Shown: positions 35,601-47,600 of the stretch, piece after piece
How positions within the stretch are numbered: the stretch's first letter is position 1
Layout: every line of letters starts with the position of its first letter
Source: Squalus acanthias
Lineage: Eukaryota
Reading direction: 5' to 3'
Assembly (NCBI GenBank): GCA_030390025.1
Contig: CM059449.1
Location: 14,756,001-14,820,000, forward strand
DNA length: 64,000 bases
The notes under the pieces: generated by a model
What the model was told of the DNA's origin: nothing
Seen by the model: the letters and a program-made list of their open reading frames with translations, nothing else
The model's database searches: none
Program-made: the position numbers and the translations under genes

Positions 35601-38600
35601 TGATCGTACCCAAAAGAGTACACCCATAAAGGAAAGATGGTGTATCTATAGAGCACATCTGTTACTGGGGGCACCTTCCAAATCTCTCTAAAGCCAATGG
35701 ATTGAGAGACAGACAATTTTCACACTGCAGGGCCCCACAAGCAGCAACTGAGAGTAATAACCATTAAACCGGTTTTTGGTGGGGTTGTTTGTTTTCGGAA
35801 GAGTATTGACCAGTGTACTGGGAGAACATCCTACTCTTCTTTGAATGGTGCAGTGGGATCTTTTGTCCACCAGAACAGGCAGACGGGGGCTTCTGTTTAA
35901 AATTTCACTGAATGAGGCACCCCTGACAATGCAGCACTCACTGTTCCCATTGGCGGAAGGGTCGAGAACCAGAGGACACAGATTTAAGGTGATTGGCAAA
36001 AGAACCAAAGGCGACATGAGGAAAAACTTTTTTACGCAGCGAGTGGTTAGGATCTGGAGTACACTGCCTGAAAGGGTGGTGGAGGCAGACTCAATCATGG
36101 CTTTCAAAAGGGAATTGGATAAATACCTGAAGGAAAAACATTTGCAGGGTTAGGGGGAGTGGGACTAGCTGAAGTGCTCTTGCAGAGAGCCGGCACGGGC
36201 TCAACGGGCTGAATGGCCTTCTTCCGTGCTGTAACGATTCTATGACTCTATGATTTTACCTGTCATATTTGGTTGATCACAGATTACTATTATTCTAAAA
36301 GCAGTGCACCCTCCCACTCACCGTGAGCAACGCCAGGGGAAGACACGCTAGTACGTTTTATATTTATTATCCCATAATTTGTTTTGCAGCTAGTTTGACC
36401 TTGTCTCTATTGGAAGGAGAGGAAGATCCGGTAAGTAACCCAACAAGAAGACAAATCACTTCACTTGAAATCTACTCCCCCAGAGTAGGGGTTGGGCAAC
36501 ACATCCCCAACTGCACGTTTCTTAAATCAGATATATGGCCGTGGAAATAACGGTGCTGTTGCTGGAAATGAACGCCATATATAAATGATAGAACTCAACA
36601 GATATTCATTAAGCATAGGAAACATGGCCGTCCTTCACGTTTAATTTTTCGCAGATACACCGTAATATATTCCATTTCTTTTCAATGGAAAATTTCTTTT
36701 CAACGAGCACGCTCCCGTTGGCAAACAGTGGGAAGGGCAATGCTGAGACTGGTTTTGGTACAGTTCCATGGATGCCCAGCACCCTCCAATAATAAAGGGA
36801 CGTTGCCAGTCCTTCACGTGTGAGCCCCATCAGTGAGTGTTTAACTGTGGCGAGGAGCACCTTGAAAATCTGGATTTCACTGATCCATATTGATCAAGGC
36901 CTACACTCCAAGACCTGTACCCTCGATATTTCTGGCATTTCCAGTTAGATGCAGAGATTTCATTTGAATGTGACAATGTATAACTGCGCGGGCCTGAATA
37001 TAATGCGGCAAGATTTACTCTTGTTGTTCTATGTTGACAGCGTCGTAAAAATAGCGTGAAGATCTCCTTTAATCCATGTGTGTTAGTGACAAGTTAACAA
37101 TAGTAGGAATATGCCATTTGGTGCCAATGTGTTGGTGATATGGTAAGCATAGTGGAAATATTTCCTTTATTCCCTATGTCCTAGTGACATGTTAAAGATA
37201 TTGAGAAGATGTCCATGCCTTTGTTACCTCTAGACTTGACTATTCCAATACACTCCCAGCCGGCCTCCCTCGTTCTACCTTACGTAAACTTGAGGTGATC
37301 CAAAACTCGGCTGCCCGTGTCCGAACTCGCACCAAGTCCCGTTCACCATCACCCCTGTGCTAGCTGACCTACTTTGGCACCCGGTTGAGCAACGCCTTGA
37401 TTTCAAAATTCTCATCCTTCTTTTCAAATCCCTCCATGGCCTCGCCCCTCCCTATCTCTGTAATCTCCTTCAGTCCCACAACCCCCCCCAGATATCTGCG
37501 CTCCTCTAATTCTGGCCTCTTGAGCATCCCTGATTTTAACCGCTCCACTACTGCTGGCCGTGCCTTCTGTTGCCTGGGCCCTAAGCTCTGGAATTCCCTG
37601 CCTAAACCTCTCCACCTCGCTACCTCTCCTCCTTTAAGACGTTCCTTAAAACCTACTTCTTTGACCAAGCTTTTGGTCACCTGCTCGAATTTCTCCATCT
37701 CGTCTTGCCTTGAGCATCTCTTAATGTCTCTACTTACCATAGTTATTCCTCCCCCCGGCCTCCCCCTTGCATTTTTATCTGTTTCATTTCCTGCTCTTTT
37801 CTCAGTTCTGACGAAGGGATTCGACCTGAAACGTTAACTCTGTTTCTCTCTCCACGGATGTTGCCTGGCCTGCTGAGTTTTTCCATCGTTTTCTGTTGTT
37901 GTTCTAATTTCTCCTTATGTGGCTCGGTGTCAAATTTCTTGTCTTATAATACTCTTGTGCAGCACCTTGGGACGTTTTACTACGTTAAAGGTGCTACATA
38001 AATACAAGTTGTTGTTGTTGTTTTCAACGCCATTAGCTCTGAGTAACCAGAGGAAAGCTTCCACTAGCGTGATACATTGCTATCTGGCAAATCTGTATTT
38101 TCAGCTCTCAAATTAGACATTTATGATATTGCTAGCAGTAGCTAGCAGAGGAAACTTTCCTGTAGTATAGTAGGATTTCTTTGTCGATATAAATATCTAT
38201 TTTTAAGTGGATAAATATTTTATTTATATGGCAGAATCAAGATGGGAATCTACCCAAACCTGACTCTCTATGCACGGTAACGAAGTGTGTTTCACTTTGT
38301 GTGGCTATGTCAAACTTTAATGCAAGTAAACGTATCACTGATAGAGCTTTATTTTTATTCTAAAGGATCTAAAGCAAGAAAATCAATCGCTCTACACCCC
38401 CATGGCAAGGTACGTCCCATTCAACCAACCACTAAGGTCACAGTTAGCCTGCAGCTATTAGTCTCCCATCAGTGCCGGCGTACCGTGGCTGCAGTGTGCA
38501 CCATCTACAAGATGCACTGCAGCAACTCGCCAAGGCTTCTTCGGCAGCACCTCCCAAACCCGCGACCTCTTCCACCTAGAAGGACAAGGGCAGCAGGCGC

Positions 38601-41600
38601 ATGGGAACACCACCACCTCCAAGTTCCCCTCCAAGTCACACACCATCCTGACTTAGAAGTATATCGCCGATCCTTCATCCTCGCTGGGTCAAAATCCTGG
38701 AACAGCACTGTGGGAGTACCTTCACCACACGGACTGCAGCGGTTCAAGAAGGCGGCTCACCACCACCTTCTCAAGGGCAACTAGGGATGGGCAATAAATG
38801 CCGGCCTTGCCAGCGACGCCCAGATCCCATAAGCGAATAAAATAGAAGTACCTGTGGAGTGGAACGCTGGTTTTGCATCCGCCCCATTTCACGCCTATTT
38901 CAGTCACCGGAGAGCAATATTGGGCGGGATATACAACCGGCATTCCTTCCGATCCCATGGGTTTCCCGCCCAGTGAGTTAGCTTAAAATTTCTCCCACTG
39001 AGTCTGTCAGTGTTATTACAGCCATTGGTATAGTCGTGTTATGTTGTTCAGGATTGCAGTCTTTTGCTGGTGGTGGCCATGGAGGGGGGAGTTGTTGAGC
39101 GAGGATAGACAAGCTACGCTGCTTAATTAGACATGTCCTTGAGTTTAGAATCATAGAAGAGTCATAGAATGGTTACAGCACAGAAGGAGGCCATTCGGCC
39201 CGTCGAGCCCGTGCCGGCTCTCTGCAAGAGCACTTCAGCTAGTCCCACTCCCCCGCCCTTTCCCCGTAGCCCTGCAAATTTTTTTCCTTCAGGTACTTAT
39301 CCAATTCCCTTTTGAAAGCCATGATTGAGTCTGCCTCCACCACCCTTTCAGGCAGTGCATTCCAGATCCAAACTACTCGCTGCGTAAAAAAGTTTTTCCA
39401 CATATCACTTTTGGTTCTTCTGCCAATCACCTTGAAGCTGTGTCCTCTGGTTCTCGACCCTTCCGCCAATGGGAACAGTTTCTCTCGATCTACTCTGTCT
39501 AGACCCCTCATGATTTTGAACACCTCTATCAAATCTCCTCTCAACCTTCTCTGCTCTAAGGAGAACAACCCCAGCTTCTCCAGTCTATCCATGTAACTGA
39601 AGTCCCTCATCCCTGGAACCGTTCTTGTAAATCTTTTCTGCACCCTCTCTAAGGGCTGGATTTTGTCTTGGGGTCGGGTTGGGGTCGTGTAATCCGCATT
39701 CCGTGTTTCCTCCCCGACTCCAGATTAATGTGGATGCCTGATGCAATTTTCACTTAATTGGGCAATTGAGTTGGAGCATGTGGGAACCCATGAACTAATT
39801 CGTGTTTTCAGTCTGAAAGTCGCCTCTGATGATGTCATCATTGCTGACTGCCTAGTCTCTGAGACTGTTGGTGAGAGAGGACCTGCCTGGCTTTTGATGT
39901 GAGTGGACCTGGATGCAAAAATGGGGTGGGGGGGAAGAGAGAGAGAGAGAGAGAGAGAGAGAACTACTACTACTACCTTCATCACATCTCCGTTGTAATA
40001 GTGGACCTGCAGCCGATAGTCAGCTATCCACTTGTGCTCCCGCCAGATTTCACTGGAGTGTTTCACACCATTCGTGCTTCACGTCAGAAGAGGGTTAAAC
40101 TAGCTACAGCGTTTCAAAATGGCATTACAGAGCCAATTTAGAGCTTGTTAAGGGCTTTAATGGCCTCTCCCGCCTCTTGAAGGCGGGACGGAGTCGGGAA
40201 CCCCGCGACTGATTATGTCAAAATTGCGTGGAGGCGGGATAGAGTCGGGATGGGGTCGGAAACCCCGACCCCGCAAATTTAACCCCCCACACGCCTCCAA
40301 ACCCGACTCCATGGGTCATTCAATATCCAGCCCTAAGAGTTTGGTCGCTACTCTTGTGGGACCTGGAGTGGATAGGTTCCCTCTAGTATTGGCCTGCCCA
40401 CCATTTTATGGGAGTGTGCTATGGTCCTTGTCATATTAAGGGTCTTGGTACTTAGGCCTCTCAGAAAGGGGGTCCGAATTGTTTGATGCATTTCCAGTCA
40501 TAGACTTGGACCATCCACACTAATATTAAGCTAGATGTGCAGAAATTGCAGTAGAATTGAGTTTGATTGATTTCCCTTCTATGTTTATAGTGCATGACAT
40601 TCTTTCCCATTTTTTCCCTACAGTCTGAAGACATTCGGCCATTCGTCCGATAATGTGATGGGCAAGTAACTCAATAAGAAAAAAATTAGATGTTTGACAC
40701 TGTTACGAAGGATTGTGTTCATTAGAACTATCGCAAGTATAAACTTCTGTATACTGACTCGGGCCTCTCCAATCTTCCTCAGCTTTCCTTTATAGTTCTT
40801 ATCAGCTGTTGGGAGGCCATCTGGAAATAAGTATTCTTTATACGTTCTCAAGTACCAGTCACTGTTGTAATATAGGAAACGCAGCAGCCAATTTGTGCAC
40901 AGCAAGCTCCCACAAACAGCAATGTGATAATAACAAGATTTAATGATTTTGGTTGAGGGATAAATATTGGCCAGGACACGAGGGAGAACTCCCTTCCTCC
41001 TCTTCAAAACAGTGCCATGTGATCTTTTATGCCCACCTTGGTTTAACGTCTCATCTGAAAGACGGGACCTCCAACAGTGCAGCATTCCCTCAGCACTGCA
41101 CTAGAGTGTCAGCCTAGATTTCGTGCTCAAGGCTCTGGAGCGGGGCTTGAACCCACAACCTTCATAGACGAGATAGTGCTACCCACTGAGCCCCAGCTGA
41201 AAGTAAGCCACTGCTGTCCTGAATAAGCATAGGGTGGAACTGGTGATGCAGTGCATTAGCATATTATCCTTTTAGGTCTAGTATCTGGATTTGACTGCAG
41301 CCCAGACAGATAAGATTAAACTCTCCCAAGTGTCGGTTCTAAGTGTGATATATGAAATGAGTTTGAAGAGCCTCAATTCAATCTCTAGCCTCAATTCAGT
41401 CTGAGCCTGGAAATGCACCAAGCAATCTGTGGCCCACAGCAGAAAATTACTCATAAGCCTGCTACTGAATTGACAATTGCCCCCTCGGAGAAATGGCTGG
41501 TGTGGGAAATGGAAATGCTGCACTGGAGGTACTTTTCCTGAGCTCTACATTGAACCCATGCTATATCGGACACGGAAAGTAAAAGATAGAAGTGACCTTC

Positions 41601-44600
41601 ACTTTAATGAGCACAACATGGATCAACTGTTATAGTGCAACTATCTGCCTTTATGCGGCAAATCAGATGAATGGTGTCTCTAGTTGTTAGAATAGCTTAG
41701 TCGTTATAGTTTGGTAATTATGATATAGTGAACACTTAGTGCGTTTGTATCAAATTACTCTGCTTGCTATTTTAATTCATTTGCTTTAAATACTCAAATT
41801 ACAACATAGCACAACTTAATTTCAAAGCACACATTTCTCATGCAACTATTGCCGGCCTTTAATGAATGTCAGCGAAACTCTATACAAATGTGTGTGTACA
41901 CCTGTCATTGGCTGGTCTGTCTTGTGTCAGTCTGACTCAGTTGGTACCCCTCTTGCCTCTGAGTCAAAACGTTGCAGGTACTGCACGAGCTGAGTAGATA
42001 ATCTAGGCTTTGTGCAGGAGTGAGGGAGCACTGCATGGCCAGATAGTCTATCCTTTTAGAGGAGATTACACCAAAGCCCTGTCTACTTATCTAGGTGGAC
42101 GTTATGGATGTTTGAAGAACAGCACGGCATTATATTAGCATCCTAGCCAAAGCTTTTCGATGAAACACACCCACACATACAAACACACAGAAACATATGA
42201 TAACGATTAATTGGTCATTTATCTTATTGCTGTGTCTGGGACCTTGCTGTTTCTTTGCATTCATAACAATAGTGATGGCTCTTCAAAGTTATTAATTCTA
42301 TGGGAGGTGATTTGGGATGTCATGAGAGGCATGATGAGATGTTGTAGAAACAGAGGAACCTGAGTAGGCCATTCAACCCCTCGAGCCTGTTCCGCCATTC
42401 AACTGTCTGGTCTGGTCTGTCTGTCGGGTCTGTNNNNNNNNNNNNNNNNNNNNNNNNNNNNNNNNNNNNNNNNNNNNNNNNNNNNNNNNNNNNNNNNNNN
42501 NNNNNNNNNNNNNNNNNNNNNNNNNNNNNNNNNNNNNNNNNNNNNNNNNNNNNNNNNNNNNNNNNNNNNNNNNNNNNNNNNNNNNNNNNNNNNNNNNNNN
42601 NNNNNNNNNNNNNNNNNNNNNNNNNNNNNNNNNNNNNNNNNNNNNNNNNNNNNNNNNNNNNNNNNNNNNNNNNNNNNNNNNNNNNNNNNNNNNNNNTCTC
42701 TATCCCTCTATCTCTATCTCTCTATCTCTCTGTTTGTCTCTCTCTCTATCTCTATCTCTCTCTATCTATCCGAATGTTATGCTGTACCTTATTGTATTAA
42801 AATGCATTGACATTTCTTCATCCATTGTGTTTTGTATTGTAGACGCCCAAAGTTCTCCAATCAACTTGCAGAATGAGGTAAGCAGCAGTATAAAGTACGC
42901 AGTTCATCATAAACTGTGTGAAATAAACTCTTTGATTTTGATACGTTTCGAGGCAGAACACTCACCGTTAACACACACACGTGTTTTTACACAAGTTGCT
43001 CCTGATCAAACTACACTTTCAAAATGTCAGGTTGTAGGAAACCGATCAGCTGTACCTTTTACAAATCTCATATCAAGGTGTTCTGCAGTAGTAACAGCAC
43101 ATCACAACAGAACATGACCTGATAACTGGATAGAATGGATGGATTTCACAGAGTATTATTTTTTTAAATTCATTCATGGGATGTTGTCGTCGCTGGCAAG
43201 GCCAGCATTTATTGCCCATCCCTAGTTGAGAAGGTGGTGGTGAGCCACCTTCTTGAACCGCTGCAGTCCGTGTGGTGAAGGTACTCCCACAGTGCTGTTA
43301 GGGAGGGAGTTCCAGGATTTTGACCCAGCGACGATGAAGGAACCGCGATATATTTCCAAGTCAGGATGTTGTGTAACTTGGAGGGGAACTTGGAGGTGGT
43401 GGTGTTCACATGCGCCTGCTGCCCTTATCATTCTAGGTGGAAAAGGTCGCGGATTTGGGAGGTGCTGCCGAATAAGCCTTGGCGAGTTGCTGCACTGCAT
43501 CTTGTAGATGGTACACACTGCAGCCATGGTACTCCAGTGGTGGAGGGAGTGAATGTTTAAGGTGGTGGATGGGGTGCCAATCAAGTGGGTTGCTTTGTCT
43601 TGGATGGTGTCGAGCTTCTTGAGTGTTTTTGGAGCTGCACTTATCCAGGCAAGTGGAGAGTATTCCATCACACTCCTGAATTGTGCCTTGTAGATGGTAG
43701 AAAGGCTTTGGGGAGTCAGGAGGTGAGACACTCGCCGCAGAATACCTAGCCTCTGACCTACTCTTGTTGCCACAGTATTTATTTGGCTGGTCCAGTTAAG
43801 TTTCTGGTCAATGGTGACCCCCCAGGATGTTGATGGTGGGGGCTTCAGCGATGATAATGCTGTTGGATGTCGAGTGGCGGTGGTTAGACGCACGCTTGTT
43901 GGAGATAGTCATTGCTTGGCACTTAGGTGGCAGGTAACATTCACACCACACATCAGCCCAAGCGTGAATGTTGCCCAGGTCTTGTTCCATGCGGGCATGG
44001 ACTGCTTCATTATCTGAGGAGTTGCGAATGGCACTGAACACTGTGCAGTCATCAGCGAACATCCCCATTTCTGACCTTATGTTGGAGGGTAGGTCATTGA
44101 TGAAGCAGCTGAAGATGATTGGGCCTAGGACACTGCTCTGAGGAACTCCTGCAGCGATGTTGATTGATATAATGTTGAAATTAAACAATACAGCATATCT
44201 ACTTTTAAGATGCGGAGATGCCGGTGTTGGACTGGGGTGGACAAAAATGAGAAGTCGCACAACACCAGGTTATAGTCCAACAGTTTTATTTAAAATTACG
44301 AGCTTTCGGAGCTGCTGCTCCTTCGTCAGGTGAAGTACTTTTAAGACTATGAGATTGAGGTTGAGAAGAGGAAATGGGCACTAGGCCCAGGAAGCCCAAA
44401 CATTTATCAGTTATCAAACCTTTTCATCATATCCCTCAATCCCTACTCTCTCTGTCTACAGAAACACATCCAGTTCTTGTTTGTGCTCATATATACTGTC
44501 GAGTTTAATGACATATCCTGGTAACTCTTTCTCCAAATCTATTGCATTTTGGCTGACTTTCATTCTTAATCCTAACATAAAGAGACTGACTGATCACAAT

Positions 44601-47600
44601 GACAAGTACCAACTAAACAAAGAGTGTCAGTGTGGATTCGTGAAGGCTACATCAATCGAGTCTAATCTAATCTTTCTATTTAAACAGACAACTGCAACAG
44701 ACTGCATACAATACGCGATGATACAGAAAGGGAATTTAAAACAAGGCTCTTCTGTGAACGTGATTGCGGAATACCGTGATTTAGAGTGAGTCAGGAATTT
44801 CTCTGAACGTAACGCATTCATTTTCGGATTCTGATAATTTCAGCATCTTTTTTGATGCCACAGCTAGGGCAGAAAGAGATCTTTATTTCCCCAGTTCCAC
44901 CGAACACTAAACATCACAGTTAAGGAGTTAAGCATCTTGGCTCCTTTGTGTATATATAATTAAAAAATCTGGCACTTCCAGTCCAAAAACCTTTTCTTCG
45001 CTGTTATCGCGATTTCTGCCCAAGCTTGTGTGCCAACACTTGTTATTGTAAATTTCTATGACCGGTTGTGAAAAAGAAAGAAAGACGTGCATTTATGTAG
45101 CGCCTTTCACGACCACCGGACGTCTCAAAGCGCTTTACAACAGTGACTACACTCCAAAAGTACTTTGTTGGCTGTAATGTGGGAAACACGGCAGCCAATT
45201 TGCACACAGCAAACTCCCACAAACAACAATGTCCAGATAATCTGTTTGTTACATTGGTTGAGGGAATAAACATTGGCCAGGACACCAGGGGATAACTCCC
45301 CTGCTCTTCTTCGAAATAGAGTCATGGGATTTTTTATGTCCACCTGAGAGAGCAGACGGGGCCTCGGTTTAGCATCTCATCTGGAAAGATGGTACCTCCG
45401 GCAGTGCAGCACTCCCTCAGCAGTATATTGGGTGTCAGCCTAGCTTTATGTGTTACAAGTCCCCTGGAGTGGGACTTGAACCCACAACCTTCTGACTCAG
45501 AGGCAAGCGTGCTACCCACTGAGCCACAGCTGACACACCAGGTGGAGTCAGATTCCCAACCATTTGTTAGTAATGTATAATAATCTTTATGACTTTTGTA
45601 ACTGTAAAAAGAATCGATTTTGTGGGATTGAAATACCTTGACAATGAGTTAGACCCATCATTAATTGTGGAGAAATGCCCTATCAGTGTGCTCCTGACCC
45701 ATACTTGGAAGGTGCAGCTTGGATCCCTGACCTGCGCTGAGCTCGCTGGTCCCAGGTGGGACAGGGAGCATAGAGAGTCACATCAAACCCCGAGCTGTGG
45801 CAGGGGCTGGTGAGATGGGAATCCGACAGCGTTGGTATTCCTGATCACAATCATACTGACCCCTGCTGGACAGCGTATAGATCAGGCGTGACTGTGACGC
45901 TACCCATGGTCCAGTAGAGAGTTGATATTCACTGTATAGGCAAAGTACACCAGGGCTGCCGACAGCTTTAGAAAAGTAACTATCTTCAGGAGATGGGGCA
46001 ATTGGGGGAAAAAAACACATTTCATCCTCGTGGCTGGCCTCCCTCATTCTACCCTATGTAAACTTGAGGTCATCCAAAACTCGGCTGCCCGTGTCCCAAC
46101 TCGCACCAAGTCCCGTTTGCCCATCACCCCAGTGCTCGCTGACCTACATTGGATCCCAGTTAAGCAAAGCCTCGATTTCAAAATTCTCATCCTTGTTTTC
46201 AAATCCCTCCATGGCCTCGCCCCTCCCTATCTCTGTAATCTCCTCCAGCCCCACAACCACCCAGAGATATCTGCGCTTCTCTAATTCCGCCCTTTTGAGC
46301 ATCCCTGGTTATAATCGCTCAACCATTGGCGGCCGTGCCTTCTGTTGCCGAGGCCCTCAGCTCTTGAATTCCCTGCCTGAACCTCTCTACCACCTCTTAA
46401 GATGCTCCTTAAAATCTACCTCTTTGGCCAAGCTTTTGGTCACCTGCCCTAATTTCTCCTTATGTGGCTCAGTGTCAACATTTTTGTCCTATAATACTCC
46501 TGTGCAGCGCCTTGGGAGGTTTTACTACGTTAAAGACGCCATAAAAGTACAAGTTATTGCTGTTGTATATTAAAACTGTAGATGAAGATGTGTATCCCCC
46601 CTGCATCGCAAAGGATGGGTTCACTTCACTGGATAGTGTCGATTTCTTTTGATCCAAACAAGTTTTCATCAGTTTAAATTGTATTGTCCTGTCTCACACT
46701 CTTGATTTGGCTAACAGTTACCTTCTCCCTTTACTGAAAGAACCAACCGAACGTCCTAATCTCAGTCTTGTCAGTCTGTCCTTGTAGCAGCGTCAATGAG
46801 AACATTTTAAAATAGGAGCAAAGTAAAATCCCCTTGGTCCAACGAACCTGTCCCTTTTTAACTCCTCTCAACTCGACTTTCTCATCGTCTCACATTATCG
46901 CTTAGTCCCTTCTCACCTCTAGAAATTTGTTGAACAATGCTGTTCCTTTCAGTGGAATTTCCTTGTACCTGATGCCACAAATCTACCACCCTTTCTCTTA
47001 AAAAGTAACTAAAATGCTTTTAACATCCACGTTAAAATAGCCAATAGAGCCACGCCGTACCAACGCGGTTAGCATATCATCCCTTAATATCGCCAACTGT
47101 AATGTCTCGGCTAAAATATTATTTTTGGCTTATGGGCTGCACTGTTTGTCTGAAAGCCAATCAACTTGTGCTTCACATCAGGGCGGATTATTGTTTAAAG
47201 ATGGCAGAATTGAATCTAAGTAACTGTTCTAGGGCCAGCTCCAGAAAGTTTTTTTTATTTGTTCATGTGATGTGGGCGTTGCTGGCAAGGCCAGCATTTA
47301 TTGCCTATCTCTAATTGCCCTGCTAGGCCATTTCAGAGGGCAGTTAAGAGTCAACCACATTTCTGTGGGTCTGGAGTCACATATAGGCCAGACCAGGTAG
47401 GGACAGCAGATTTCTTTCTCTAAAGGACATTAGTGAACCAGATGGGGTTTTACAATAATCCAGTTATCACCATTACTGATACTTGCTTTTTTCCCCCAGA
47501 TTTGTTTAATTAACTGAATTATAAATTCCCCAGCTGCCATGGTGGGATTTGAATTCTTGTCACCGGATTATTAGTCCAGGCTTTTACGATTACTAGTAAC

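Noticed and set aside
37041-38276. Alternative path using 37041-37081 and reading C4 in phase 2 (GIYPNLTLYARL)
   Set aside because: It gives attractive tyrosine motifs but needs a weak donor (GT|GTTAGT). The C4-C5 path has stronger sites and closes the frame. Not fully excluded without RNA data.
46788-46815. Alternative terminal exon after C8 (DSVNENILK*)
   Set aside because: The acceptor is plausible, but the C9-C10-C11 chain ending in an ITIM is much better supported.
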